A stretch of 64,000 nt of DNA. Source: Octopus vulgaris. Lineage: Eukaryota. The notes under the pieces were generated by a model. The model was not told where the DNA came from. It searched no databases and saw only the letters and a list, made by a program, of their open reading frames with translations. The stretch spans positions 1,550,001 through 1,614,000 of the forward strand of contig OX597829.1 of the NCBI GenBank assembly GCA_951406725.2, in the 5' to 3' direction. Made by a program: the position numbers and the translations under genes. This document shows positions 40,890 through 56,593 of this stretch, piece by piece (position 1 is the stretch's first letter; each line of letters opens with the position of its first letter).

Positions 40890-41170
40890 ATTTGAAACCT
40901 ATTTGAAAATGATACCAGGCTTATCATCCCTACAGGAAGTGCAAAAATTCGTGTTAACTAGAACGGCTCATGTACTGAGAAGAGCATTATCACTGTGAAA
41001 ACAACATCCATTCATGAATTTATTTATTTATTAATTTTTAAATACATATATTACCTGTGAATCTGCGTGGGTAATCTGGGAATGCATACAATGAACTTCT
41101 CTGCCCTAGGTGTACGGAAAAACACTCGGCGAGAAACGGAAGAAAATTTGAAGAAAGAAGGAAAAAACAT
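40890..41170 (+). mobile_element. Extreme 3' end of another R4/Dong family
   Basis: Translates FETYLKMIPGLSSLQEVQKFVLTRTAHVLRRALSL*, homologous to the C-termini of the two large elements; followed by UTR and (AAT)n. Confidence 0.75.
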
Positions 41171-41183
41171 AATAATAATAATT

Positions 41184-41252
<69 letters not shown>

Positions 41253-41319
41253 GCAACAACAACAACAACAACAGCAACAACAATAATAATAATAGTAATA
41301 ATAATAATGACAACAACAA

Positions 41320-41832
41320 TGACAGCATATGGAAGAAGTTTAGGGACAACAGAAATCAGGAGAGACAACTTCCAAGGGGACTGCTTGTCCCTAATGATCT
41401 TTGTACTGTGCATGATACCACTAACACTGATTCTTTGGAAAGCAAAGGCTGGGTATGTATACAAATGCTGCCAAGTCAACCACTTGTTATTCATGGATGA
41501 CCTCAAACTCTATGGTAAAGGTGACTCCCAAGGCTGTCCCCTCGTCGATACGGTGTATACTTTCAGTGCAGATATCAGAATGGAGTTCGGACTGAAAAAG
41601 GGTGGCGTGTTTGTCTTGAAGAGAGGCAAAATCTAATGTATGGATGGGCTAGCGATACCGTCGGGAGAGGTTATACAGCGTCATGAAAATATAGCAAGAA
41701 TTGTCCACTGGACACTTTGCAACAAGTATGGATTTGACGGAACAAACAAGTGGTACGAATATAAACCAGAAGGCATCATCGAAAATGATATTGCTAAGAT
41801 CCTATGGGATTTTATGATTCAGTGCAAAGGCT
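41320..41832 (+). mobile_element. Internally deleted R4/Dong fragment
   Basis: FQGDCLS..FVLCMIPL, HLLFMDDLKLY, MEFGLKK, then jump to RHENIARIVHWTLC..KWYEYKPE..ILWDFMIQ. Confidence 0.82.
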
Positions 41833-41976
41833 ACAACAACAACAACAATAATAATAATAATAATAATAATAATGATGATGATGATGATGATGATAATAAT
41901 AATAACAACAACAACAACAACCAGAACAACAACAATAACAACAATAATAATAATAATAATAATGATAATGATGATG

Positions 41977-42053
<77 letters not shown>

Positions 42054-42091
42054 GATGATAATGATGATAATAATAATAATCATAATAATAA

Positions 42092-42136
<45 letters not shown>

Positions 42137-42149
42137 GATGATAATGATG

Positions 42150-42213
<64 letters not shown>

Positions 42214-42245
42214 TGATGATGATGATGATGATAATAATAATAATC

Positions 42246-42296
<51 letters not shown>

Positions 42297-42349
42297 TAAT
42301 AATGATGATGATGATAATGATGATGATAATGATGATAATAATAATAATC

Positions 42350-42411
<62 letters not shown>

Positions 42412-42454
42412 CATAATAATAATAATAATAATAATAATGATGATGATAATGATG

Positions 42455-42523
<69 letters not shown>

Positions 42524-42525
42524 TG

Positions 42526-42566
<41 letters not shown>

Positions 42567-42567
42567 C

Positions 42568-42601
<34 letters not shown>

Positions 42602-42609
42602 TGATAATG

Positions 42610-42653
<44 letters not shown>

Positions 42654-42654
42654 C

Positions 42655-42706
<52 letters not shown>

Positions 42707-42720
42707 TGATGATAATGATG

Positions 42721-42799
<79 letters not shown>

Positions 42800-42813
42800 T
42801 GATGATAATGATG

Positions 42814-42887
<74 letters not shown>
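41833..42887. repeat. About 1-kb (TAA)n/(TGA)n array
   Basis: Direct. Confidence 0.97.
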
Positions 42888-42888
<1 letters not shown>

Positions 42889-43407
42889 CCTAAAGGCATC
42901 TTAGATTTTAGGAATTATCTAAAAATAAAATTGTTGTAAAAATCTTCTCTGAAGGAAAATGAACGAGAATAGAGTTGTATCCGAGTATATTTTTAGACTA
43001 AATGAACGGTAATAGGCCGAGAGGATGGATAGAGTATAAATCAAATAGGAGAGACGTAATGTTATAGATGTATTATATTAGTAGTACATGACACCGAACA
43101 AAACGCCTGCAACTTAATAACAGGTATTGATATTCTAGATGTGCTAATAATAAACTGTATTTATTTGTTTATCTATTTGTTTCTTTGCCATGTATTCGAT
43201 TTAATTTACCCGGAAGAAGACGAGAAATTTATCAATCGTAGACAGATGAGTCTGTAGGCTGGTGGACCGACAAAAAAAATACCTAACTAACAACAACAAC
43301 AACAACAACAACATCAATCTGAATGACAAAGCGTTCAATAAATATTGAAAATATATGTGCGTGTCTGCCCGTGTGTATGTATTCGTGTGTGTAGGTGTGG
43401 ATGTGTT

Positions 43408-43453
<46 letters not shown>

Positions 43454-43458
<5 letters not shown>

Positions 43459-43681
43459 CTTTACTATCCACAAGGAGCTAAACATAGAGGGGACAAACAA
43501 GGACATACAAAGGGATTAAGTCGATTACATCGACCCAGTGCGAAACTGGTACTTTATTTATCGACCCTGAGAGGATGAAAGGCAAAGTCGACCGGCGGAA
43601 TTTGAACTCAGAACGTAACGACAGACGAAATACCGCTAAGCATTTCGCCCGGCGCGCTAACGTTTCCTCCAGCTGGCCACC
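43454..43681 (-). mobile_element. SINE family A
   Basis: Homology to other copies. Confidence 0.85.
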
Positions 43682-43689
43682 CAAATATA

Positions 43690-43804
<115 letters not shown>

Positions 43805-43879
43805 ATATATATATGTATATAAATATATATGCATATATATATATATGTACATATATATGTATATATATATGTATGTATA

Positions 43880-43932
<53 letters not shown>

Positions 43933-44555
43933 CGATAAGTGTATTTTTACCTTGTTAACAATTAACACGGAAAAATAAATAAATAGTTACCAGGGCAGCA
44001 TATATGTATGTGTGTATGTATGTATACATACATATGTAGTGACAGGATATAATTCACATATTGCGTAAACATTATTATCCATTAAGAGTGTACCTTGGAC
44101 TTTTCTTGAATGTTAGGGGGTTAAATAATATGTTAATTACTACCATTTCATTTAGTACTTTGTAGAACGAGAGCAAAAATGTGACGAAAAAACTGCATCG
44201 GTTTTAAAGAACTAAAGAACGTCGTTCAATTCCTTTTCAATGACTTATCTATTTACATAAACACTATGGATACTATGGAATTCCTGATGTATATCCAATA
44301 TAGGATATAGGAATATTTCCATTGTATGATGACATCTGGTAGCCAATAACAGCGGACGTGCTATGCATAGCGTCCTACAAGGGTTTTAACCAAACCACGC
44401 ATTGAGTCGAAACAGGGGCAGCTGATGAAGGGGAATATTCCTTGGATTGTTTGTATTGTACTCTGTTTCTTCGTTGTTAAAAAAAGTCTGTTTCCTTGTT
44501 TGATTTTATGTTTTCGTTTCTCGTTGTGTTCTACGTTTATTTATGGTGTCCTGTA

Positions 44556-44589
<34 letters not shown>

Positions 44590-44649
44590 TGTAGGTATGT
44601 ACATATATGTATGTATGTATATATGCATATGTTCTATTTATTAAATTGT

Positions 44650-44708
<59 letters not shown>

Positions 44709-44848
44709 ATGAATATATATATATGTGAGGTATTGGTATCCAGAAGACCCAAGATGGCAGGTACGGCTATGTAAGTGCCATGGAATGACCGAAGTTAAAC
44801 TCTCGGTTCGATAATAATACAAGTGAGAAATTTAGTCTTACAGCTAAC

Positions 44849-45527
44849 GAGAAAGCTAATTGGAAGATTAAAGATCCAATCCATCACCAGAGTCATAAAA
44901 ATCTATAAAATTTTCTGAAGTTTATCATTTAAATACATATCATTAAATATATAGATATGCAATTATATGCATGAGGATACACGCATAAAACAAAATAAAC
45001 ATACATACATACATAGATGCATGCATGCATGCATGCATACATACACACATACATACATACAAACATACATACATACATACATACATACAAACATACATAC
45101 ATACATACATACATACAAACATACATACATACATACATACATATATACATACATACATACACACATACATACATACATACATACACACATACATACATGC
45201 ATGCATACATACATACATACATACATACATACATACAAACATACATATATACATACATACAAGCATACATACATACATACATACATACATACAGACATAC
45301 ATACATACATACATACATACATACAAACATACATACATACATACATACATACATACATACATACATACATACATACATACATACATACATACATAATACA
45401 TACATATATACATGCATGCATACATACATACATACATGCATGCATACATACATACATACATACAAACATACAAACATACATACATACATACATACAAACA
45501 TACATACATACATACATACATACATAC

Positions 45528-45558
<31 letters not shown>

Positions 45559-45759
45559 CATACATACATACATGCATACATACATACACACATACATACA
45601 TACATACATACATACATACATACATACATACATACATACATACATACATACATGCATGCATACATACATACATACATGCATACATACATACATACATACA
45701 TACAAACATACAAACATACATACATACATACATACAAACATACATACATACATACATAC

Positions 45760-45790
<31 letters not shown>

Positions 45791-45946
45791 CATACATACA
45801 TACATACATACATACATACATACATACATACATACATACATACATACATACATACATACATACATACATACATACATACATACATACATACATACATACA
45901 TACATACATACATACATACATACATACATACATACATACATACATA
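44849..45946 (+). mobile_element. 3' tip of RLE element (family of 9578-9888) followed by about 950 bp (TACA)n
   Basis: gagaaagct.att.gaagat.a.agatccaatccatcac..aaaaatct.taaaa.ttt..gaagtttatcatttaaata shared with 9804-9891. Confidence 0.75.
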
Positions 45947-46237
45947 CGTCCTGTAACCAAGTTGTTCAGCAGTAAAAAGAAAAAAAAAGACTAAAGCCAA
46001 TACCAGAATTAAAATTAAAATAAGTAGGGGGAGGGGTCAATTCATTCAATTAATAATTGTTTCAAGGCGGTGCCCCAGCGTGGCCAAAGTCTAAAAACTG
46101 AAAAGATAAAATAAAAGAAAAGAAAATTTATAAAATATAGAAATGTTGAAACATGTTAATAATACAACTAATGTTTACATAATATATATTAATTGTATCT
46201 AACATGCTTTGACACATGTAAACACACACAAACACAC

Positions 46238-46268
<31 letters not shown>

Positions 46269-46672
46269 AATACATACACACATACATACACACACGCACA
46301 CAAGACGCACACACACATAAACACACACACATACACACCTGAATATGTATGTGTGAATACGTGTATGTATTTGTGCATATATATAATTGATATTATATAT
46401 ACTTTATATATATATATATAACATATATTATATGTATATATTTATACGTTATATATATATGTATATATATATGTGTGTGTGTGTACATATTTATATTATA
46501 TATATGTGTGTGTGTATATATATGTGTGTATGCTTGTGCAAACACACACGTATATATATTAGTGTATATATGTATTTATATATATACATACACTAATAGA
46601 AATACGTGTGTGGATGTGTGTGTTTGCGCAAACGCACACACACATATATAATGCATAAATATATACATATAG

Positions 46673-46795
<123 letters not shown>

Positions 46796-47236
46796 ATATG
46801 TATGTATGTATGTATGGATGGATGAAAACAGTTTGTCTACTTACTCGTAGATATATGTGTGTGTACGTAGTAGAAAGAAAGAAAGGAAGAAAGGAAGGAA
46901 GGAGGGAAGGAAGGAAAGAAGGAGGAAAAAATGTGTGTGCGGGCAAGTTTCGAAAAGACGCAACTTAGAAACAGTGCATGTGTGAATAAATTACGTGAAG
47001 GTCTCAACTAGAACGCTCTTTGAATTTTGCATGGGAAATGCTGAACGGATACAACAGCAGCAACAAGAGACAATGGTTTCTCAAAGATGGTACTCGGACA
47101 TAATCCTCCCCTGTTGGTTTCAAATATCATTCTTACTCAGTGTAAGGGAGATAAATCGAGAACCCATTACAAGCAGTGTTGCTGCAAAAGCGAGATGACT
47201 AAACTACTAAACTTGTGTCTGTGTTTATATATATGC

Positions 47237-47330
<94 letters not shown>

Positions 47331-47498
47331 ACGCACATACACACGGCCGTACATATACACGTATGTGTGTGTAATTATTATACTATGTTTAAAAATAGAT
47401 ATATATATATATATTTGTATTCTGTACCTGATCTGCATGTATGTATATATTTATCAATGCCCATTTCTCTCTCTTTCTCTCACTCACTCTCCTTCTCT

Positions 47499-47530
<32 letters not shown>

Positions 47531-47665
47531 GTATACACTCACACACAAATACTCAAACACACACACACACAAACACACACACACGCACACACATATATAT
47601 AACTGGTCATTTCCAGTAGCCCTTAACTGTTATTATATACGTGAAAAAATTAAGATACATACATA

Positions 47666-47730
<65 letters not shown>

Positions 47731-48451
47731 ATGTATAAACATATACATATATACATATGTATATGTATATACATATAAATATATGCATGTATATGAATAG
47801 GTATATATGTATATATATAAATATACTTGTAATTTTGTTCAATACGTGCATTAAATTTTCTTACATATTTAATATCTGACCTAGTGAGCTCTACCTCTTT
47901 CCGATAATGTCCTCTTCTCCATTCTGCTTCTGCGTATATAAAAAAAATTATATCAATTTTACATGTTCTTAATGTTTTTCCCGAAATGACTATTGAGTGC
48001 GTATACACGGTTAGCAGATATTAGGGGTTTTAGTAAAACCTTAAATATTAGTAGGCATTTCATATTTGGAAAACAACGTCAATAATGAATACATTACGTG
48101 TGTGTGTGTGTGTGTGTGTGCGAGTGTATAAATTGTTGTATTTCGCGATGGTCATTTGTTTTCGGCCAAATCAATACACGCACAATATATTCGTTCTTCA
48201 CTGGTTTATTATTGTTCAGATTTCATCTTATATCCATTGTCTGGAAATTTTTCTTCACACATTTGTTACCTCATCACCGACTCTTTCCATCCACGCCTAC
48301 CTCCTGCTCTGCCTACTCCACACAATGGACTATATATGTTTACACACATATATACGAATATGCATATAAAGTGGATTCATTATTGCTACATATATATATA
48401 TTTATATATTAACATAATTATATACATATATATATATTTATATATTAACAA

Positions 48452-48685
48452 GGGCGGCAAGCTGGCAGAAACGTTAGCATGCTGGGTGAAATGCGTAGTC
48501 GTATTTCGTCTGTCTTTACGTTCTGAGTTCAAATTCCGCCAAGGTCGACTTTGCCTTTCACCCTTTCGGGGTCAATAAATTAAGTACCAGTTTACGCACT
48601 GGGGTCGATATAATCGACTTAATTCGTTTGTCTGTCCTTGCTTGTCCCCTCTGTGTTTAGCCCCTTGTGGGTAGTACAGAAATAT
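48452..48685 (+). mobile_element. SINE family A
   Basis: Homology to other copies; tatatatt(a/g)acaa flanks resemble a TSD. Confidence 0.87.
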
Positions 48686-49382
48686 ATATATTGACAAAAT
48701 TTAGGTTTGTTAAAATATGTTTGTGATATATTTTAACTGCTAAAAGGCGCATGCGCTGTAGTTATCGTGGAGAAAATATTTCTCCTATGCTAAAAGGTTT
48801 GAAAGCACTCGGTTTGTTCAGTGTCGCCATCTATTAAGAATCCCAGACATCGATGTTTCGAATTTGTTGACTCCTGTCAATGAGATGTACCTGCGTGTAG
48901 CAGCTCTGAACAAACTTTTAATGCGATAGCTTTATGTAAAATTCAGTCAATTGTGTTGACTGATTTAAGCATGTAAATCACCCGATCGAGGAAAATAACG
49001 GAATGTTAGCGCTAAGCAGGGTTTGGGCATAAGCAAAATTTAGGTTAGTTAAAATTTGTTTGTGGCAAATACCCTGCAGTAACCGTGGAGAAAATATCTC
49101 TCTTACAGTAAAAGATGTGAAGACACCGGGTTTGTTTAGTGTCGCTTAGCGCTAACATTTCGTTATTTTCCTCGATCGGGCGATCTATTCACTGAAATTA
49201 GTAAACGCTTTGAAAGAAGCCAAAACCAGGAAGAACTGTCCCCAAGGACACCAGAAAATGCAAGGCCTCCAACGTGGAAAGATGTGGATGATACATGCAC
49301 TGTTCTTAAGAGGAAACAAAATGTGGATGCAATATGGACAGCAACTATTGGACAACTGTCGTTTTGGGGAAACAGTTATAAG

Positions 49383-49616
49383 ACGGCGAGGGGCTGGCAG
49401 AAACGTTAGCACGCCGGGCGAAATGCTTAGCGGTATTTCGTCTGCCGTTACGTTCTGAGTTCAAATTCTGCCGAGGTCGACTTTGCCTTTCATCCTTTCG
49501 GGGTCGATTAAATAAGTACCAGTTACGTACTGGGGTCGATATAATCGATTTAATCTGTTTGTCTGTCTTTGTTTGTCCTCTCTGTGTTTAACCCCTAGTG
49601 GGTAGTAAAGAAATAG
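49383..49616 (+). mobile_element. SINE family A
   Basis: Homology to other copies. Confidence 0.87.
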
Positions 49617-49774
49617 GTTGTAAAGCAACTGACCCGGCTCCATCAGTCATTGAGTTTGAGGAACATGCACCAGCACTCAACACCGCCTCAAAACAGCAAA
49701 AGATCCAGGGTGGTCACCTCTGACATTTCTACATTTGTCAGACCAATGTCCACTACCCCAACACTCTATATGTC

Positions 49775-51620
49775 ACACCAGTATTCCTGCTGAACATCAA
49801 GGGCCTTGTAACGACTCACTGATGCAGAACTCAATACCTAAGAGACGTAGTGACATGTAATCAAGCAATATGCATGACACTGACAGAAACACATCTAAAC
49901 GCTAAACTATCAGATACTGAATAGTCAATTCAAATAAAGTTAATGAACAATAAGTGGGTATGCACAAGGAATGTATTAACTTGACGCTCAGTGAAAAGAG
50001 AGAGTCTGATGTTTCGAGCATAGGCTCTTCGTCGGAAAGGAAAAATGAAAAAGTCCACTCAGAAGGAAAACAAATCGCCAACAGCACGTGTGTAGTTACA
50101 CTGCTGGTACTGAGATACATAAGGCGGTGAGCTGGCAGAAACGTTAGCACGCCGGGCGAAATGCGTAGCGGTATTTCGTCTGCCTGCCGTTAAATTCTGA
50201 CTTTGCCTCTCATCCTTTCGGGGTCGATTAGATAAGTACCAGTTACGCACTGGTGTCAATATAATCGACTTAATCCGTTTGTCTCTCCTTGTTTGTTCTG
50301 TCTGTGTTTAGCCCCTTGTGGGTAGTAAAGAAATAGGTACTGAGATACATATACCAAAGTATGTTGAGTTGCCAACTGAGAAACGAAAAAGGACTCATGG
50401 TGGAGTGGCAATGTACATCTGGGAAGATGTCACGCCTGTCGTCCTGCTGTCACACTCAAACGCAGTCTGTGATACTCTCGTGGTACACATTAAATAGATG
50501 AAAATGATAATATGTACTACATATCGACCACCAGATGCGCCAAACCATGGGGAATCATTCGAAGAGAGCCTGAAAAAGATGGTCCGAGGACCGCCTTCTC
50601 TCAGGCATGTGACAATGACACCATGGAGGAAACATTATTCCACGCGACTATGGAGGAAATAGCATTCCATCCGACAAAGGTAAAAATGTCTTGTACCTCT
50701 GCTTCACAAATAACGTGGCGCTTATCTATAATGTTAAGGTTCCACCGGCGACTCTCTCGGACCATAACTTAATAGAACTAAGAATGAATGATCTGTAGAA
50801 AACTGAAGACATGCAGGCAACTCTTTCCATCCTTAACTATCTGATCGGAAGCTGATCGGAAGGGTATTGAGAAAAATATCATGAAACAAAACTGGTCTGC
50901 CAATCTCTGTATGCAAGCCATTGACATAAAACAACAGCACTCAATGACAATCATGCATGGCATATGCAATATTTTGCGAAACCAACAGAAAAATATAATT
51001 CCCAAGGATAGCAGGATTCTAGTGAGACGACGATCAAAGATCTCAAACTGTCTAAATGAGCCGCTAAAGGATAGTAAACGATTCTATCTCAAAGATTGCT
51101 CGAGATCAAAAATGAATGCAAACCATTCCATGAAAAGGAAAGGACAGAGAAAGAAACCAAGGCTGTAAAAAATATAAAGTCATATCCTAAAGCTTTCTAT
51201 AAATTTGCAAAAGAGTTTGCATCTGTACGGTACAATATAGGGCGACTGTTCGGAGAAAATGTCTCAGTCCCATCAAATCAGGGAAATACTGGATGTGCAA
51301 TGCAAGAATGTTTTCACAACTCTATTGGGGCATTTGCAAATAGCTATATCTGATGAGTTCTTTGGCACCGCAGCTCTACACAAAGAGGTGGTAATTACTG
51401 ATAACATCGAAACAGAAGAAACTGATGTAATATCAGCCATTGATGAAATGAGCTCAAACTCAGGCTCATACCCTCATGTAGATCCTCTTCCAGAGCTTCC
51501 TCGCAACTGGGAGACTTACCAGAAAGTTAGAGGAAGGCAGAGTATGTCCTATCCATAAGGAAGGTAGCAGAGCGGATGCTAAAAATTATATATCTGTCTC
51601 TCATCTGTCATGTCAGCAAA
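49775..51620 (+). mobile_element. Heavily decayed CR1-like LINE (APE endonuclease to start of RT), interrupted by later insertions
   Basis: Broken-frame motifs LLNIKGL, LTETHL, RTHGGVAMYI, YRPP, NIKSYPKAFYKFAK, GSRADAKNY.SVS. Confidence 0.68.
50123..50335 (+). mobile_element. SINE family A with 16-bp TSD
   Basis: ggtactgagatacata at 50106-50121 and 50336-50351. Confidence 0.9.
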
Positions 51621-52468
51621 GTCTCAGATAAACCTATATCATGGCAAGAAACTCGAAAGCGGTCAGCTGTGTCGAACTCCATCCTTCACCAAAAGCCAAT
51701 CGTATAAGAATGGCTAGTGAAAATGGCGGTGCTCCAGCATGGCTACAGTATTGGAACTGAAAAAATAAAATAATATATATATTTACGTTAATGCATTTGT
51801 TTTGCATGATTCCTGATGTGAAATCGTGAATTGAAACATTGTTATATTTCTTTGAGGGGGGGGGTAAAGAACGCGGGCTGTCAGTTGGTAATGTAAACAA
51901 ACAGTAAATGTGAGATGTGACCAGTCGAAGTGAACCCGAGCGACAAAGAACCACATTACACAAGACAAATAACAGGGTACGACTACTTCCTCTCTAAGCA
52001 AGTTGGCTTGCTGGGCTGGCCTGCAATATCTCAGCTGCTGACTTGACTGATGGAGCCGTGTTGGTGTCAGGAGGCTGCATTTAGCAACATTATTTTTGGG
52101 CGTCCTCTCTTCCACCTCACTTGTGGTTTCCCTGTCAGTTGTATATGTCTTCCTGGAAGAAAGCCTTCTTCTCCCAGGTCCTGTGGGTCTTGAATTGTCA
52201 ATCGATAGAAGCAAACCCTACTCGACAAATTAGTTTACCCTATTCCTTACGAAAGAAAGATCCGAACTTAATCTAAAATCAAACTTTATTGATAACATTT
52301 AATTTATCCTTGCATAGAATATTCCTTAATCTAATGAATAAACGTAAGGTTTGTTTAAAACTGGACATCGGTTGATTTAAAATCTCTCGCTACAACGAAC
52401 CATGCATCCGAAACAAAGAAAGTATTTAAAAAGTGGTTAACAAGATGCGTAAACCATTTTTGTATATG

Positions 52469-52546
<78 letters not shown>

Positions 52547-52640
52547 CATACATGCGGTTGTGTAATTACATACATATAAATATTACGGAGATGTACTTGC
52601 ATAGCAAGAGATCGTGTGCTGAAACAAAAACAATAGCAAC

Positions 52641-52855
52641 GTGGAAGGTGTTTATAAGCCATTTAAAAGCACTCAAAAACCGTCAGATTCACTTCAATAT
52701 TTAAATTTTGATGCAGCGCAAAATTTTGTCAGTGAAGAGGTCGCGATTTCAAAGCGACGAAAATATTTTGACAAATTAAATTTAAATGTTGAAGTGAATC
52801 TAACGGTTTTTGTGTGTTTCTTAAATGGCTTATAAACACCTTCCACGCCGCAATT
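52641..52855. mobile_element. Inverted-pair mini element with variant hammerhead (52725-52775)
   Basis: Left arm 52641-52707 is the reverse complement of the right end; tttgtca-GTGAAGA-g[gtcgc..gcgac]-GAAA-atat-TT-tgacaaa. Confidence 0.7.
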
Positions 52856-52873
52856 GCTTGTATATATAAATAT

Positions 52874-52926
<53 letters not shown>

Positions 52927-52931
52927 TATAC

Positions 52932-53006
<75 letters not shown>

Positions 53007-53061
53007 TATATATAATGCATGAGTATGTGTGTCTGAGTATATACATATAGACACACAAATA

Positions 53062-53136
<75 letters not shown>

Positions 53137-53441
53137 TAAATTATAGATAAAATCACTATTAGGCAAATCAAACAGTGAAAAACATAAGCCAATACATAAA
53201 ATTAATTTAAAAATATAAAAGTTAAAAATAAAAAATTATTTAAATAATTTAAACTTATAAATTTTATATATATACATACAAATATATATATATATGTATG
53301 CATGTATATTTTTATATTTATATATTATTTTATTAATTAATTAATTAATTAATTAATTTTTTTAAATATTTTTTTTTTATATATCTGCATTAAATATTTG
53401 TGTGTCTATATGTATATACTGAGACACACATACTCATGCAT

Positions 53442-53488
<47 letters not shown>

Positions 53489-54529
53489 TTATATACATAC
53501 ACATATAGAGAGGGATAGATAAATACAAAGAGAAATGGAGGAGAGAGAGAGGCAGGGAGAGAGAGAGAGAGAGCACATTCAATGTATATACACCTCTCGA
53601 TAGGCCAGTTACTGTGGTATTAGCCTGCTTATAGATGCGCTATATTAAAAAAACAATGGATCCTTCTCTTATAATCCTCCCAACAGCGGGCGAGCCAGAT
53701 GCGTTTCGGTTATTATGGGTTTTTTCCAATGGGGTGTACTTGCACCCACCTATATGCTAGAACGAGAATTTGTCGTCTCAGATAACAGGAAAACATGAAT
53801 AAAACGTCCACTGATGTTGCGAATAGTCGAGTAGTTGATCAAAAGTTCGGTATATGCAACTGAGCCAGTATTTAACCAAAATAGTCATCCACACACGATT
53901 TTTAGTCTATACACACAGTTACTTGGCAAATTTCTTTATTTCTTTCGTTCTCTCTTTCCTTCCTTCTTTCTTTCTTTCATTCTTTCTTCTCCCACTTTCT
54001 CTTCTCTTCCTCCTCCTCGTCCTCCTTCCTCCTGCACTTCTTTTATCTTCTTTTTCGTCTTCTTCCGCTTTCTCTCCACCTCTTCCCTTTCCGCCACCTC
54101 CTCCTCCTCCTCCACTTCTTTTTCTTCTTCCACTTTCTCTCCGCCTCTTCCTTCTTCCTCTCTCCTCCTTCTCTCATAATACATCTCTGCCTATCTATTT
54201 GTCTCGATGTCTGTCTTTCACTCTCTTTGCTGTCTGCCTCTTCTGTACCGTACGGTGATATTCTGTAACACAAACATGACGGTCCTCGGACATTTTAAAA
54301 CACTTGCGTATTATTATGCACATTGACTTTATGGCACAAAGACGCAAACACACACACTTTGTATACGTAACCATATATATCTATTTGTAAATTTATTCGT
54401 ATGTGTGTGTGGGGGAGTTGGCCTGTGTATGTCAACCAAGTACAACACTGAAATATATATATATATATATTTTTTTTCCATTATATATATATTCCATTTC
54501 TGTCCAAAGTCAGTCGCCATGATAGATCG

Positions 54530-54727
54530 TTAGCCACTACACACATTTTTTCTCTCCTTCTTTTCTCTCCTTGTTTCTGTCCTTGTTTTTTCTGTGTCCC
54601 TTTCTGTAGAAGAGCGTCGGCTCGAAACGTAAAAGACTTTTTGCATTCCTGAGCGTTATACTAATACATCTGTTTGTTTTGTACACCACCTGTCTTCGTC
54701 TTTTGTTTTTTCGTAAAATATCCCTAT
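54530..54727 (+). mobile_element. Short element with A6U variant hammerhead (54600-54635)
   Basis: cttt-CTGTAGA-a[gagc gtcg gctc]-GAAAC-GTA-aaag; 3' end in (TA)n. Confidence 0.68.
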
Positions 54728-54740
54728 ATATATCTATATA

Positions 54741-54809
<69 letters not shown>

Positions 54810-55062
54810 CTTTTACCTTCGAAACGTAGAGTAGATGAAACCATAGCGACTGAAGAAGGGTTTTTTCTTTGTGTTAATTGTCCTGTACTCTATTTTTTTG
54901 TTGTTTTAAAAAAATGTCCAGTTCCTTTGGTTTGTGTCTATGTTTTCGTTTCTCATTCTGTTCGACGTCTTTTTGGTGCCCTGTACTCATATATGCGTGT
55001 ATATGTACATGTAGAGGTAGGTACGTACATATATGTTTATATATATGCATATGTTTTATTTA

Positions 55063-55131
<69 letters not shown>

Positions 55132-55551
55132 CAACCGTTTAAAAACAAGCAAAGACTTGTATTTTCACATTTGAGGCGACATAAAATTCTTAATCGCCGT
55201 CTTTCCCGTTCGACAATATGTTATTCCACCCGAACGCATTACCATACCCGTTGACTTATAAATTGCCAGTCAAAATAATATATTCTTCACCTGGCAATTC
55301 AATACAAAAGTCGTAGGAAAATAAAAGAAACAGAAGAGAATTTTTGACGTTTCAAAATATTTTTATAAAACGACGAAATCAACTTTATAAACAGCTCTTA
55401 TTCAGGGTTGATTTATATATGTATATGTGAAAATTAATAAAATCGTGCGACCATATATAACTGCAATTATACACATACATACACACATACATACATACGT
55501 ACACACATACATACATACATACATACATACATACATACATACATACATACA

Positions 55552-55582
<31 letters not shown>

Positions 55583-55932
55583 GTATATGTGTGTGTTTGT
55601 GCGTGAGTGTGTGTTTCTGTGTGTGTGTCTGTGTGTATGTTTGTGTGTGTGCCTGGATGTATATATATATATATATATATTTTTGATGAGTACCATACAT
55701 GAAACACTTGGCCCTTGAGCTAGTTTCTAAATTCAGTCAATTAAAAGAATTAACATGTATGCGATATGTGTGATGTGTATGTGCGCGCGCATCCACCAAT
55801 ACATATATAGACACATACACATATGCACACTTATATATACACACACATATATATATATATATATCATGCATACAAGTATATATATACATATATCTAAGTA
55901 TATATATATACATATATATATGTATACATATG

Positions 55933-55980
<48 letters not shown>

Positions 55981-56017
55981 AGTATATACGTATATATACA
56001 TTTGTGTGTGAATGTAT

Positions 56018-56190
<173 letters not shown>

Positions 56191-56593
56191 TTCACACATG
56201 TATGTATGCATGTATACATGTATCTGTGTAGTTATATAGTTTCCTCATACATCATTCTGTGACGCCATCCAAACTTATTATCTGTGTATTTATCTGAGGT
56301 CGTTGAGTGTTTCTGGGTTTTGAATAATGAGACTCACCTCGTGTAGAAGACCCAGCTGGAGTTGATCCGTTCCTGATTTTTTGCTCAGATAGTAATACCC
56401 CTGATATCAATGTAAATGTATTTTTTAAAAAACTTTTTTGTTTCTCTTTTGTTTTTCTTTTTCTAGAGATTGTCCTGCACTTAAGAAACAATACTGAATA
56501 TCCTGTTTCTCACAACACAGATCAACGAGCTGATTCTAAACTAAATAATGTTCGTTAACTACCCCACCCCCTTTGACATTTTTCCACTAGCTG

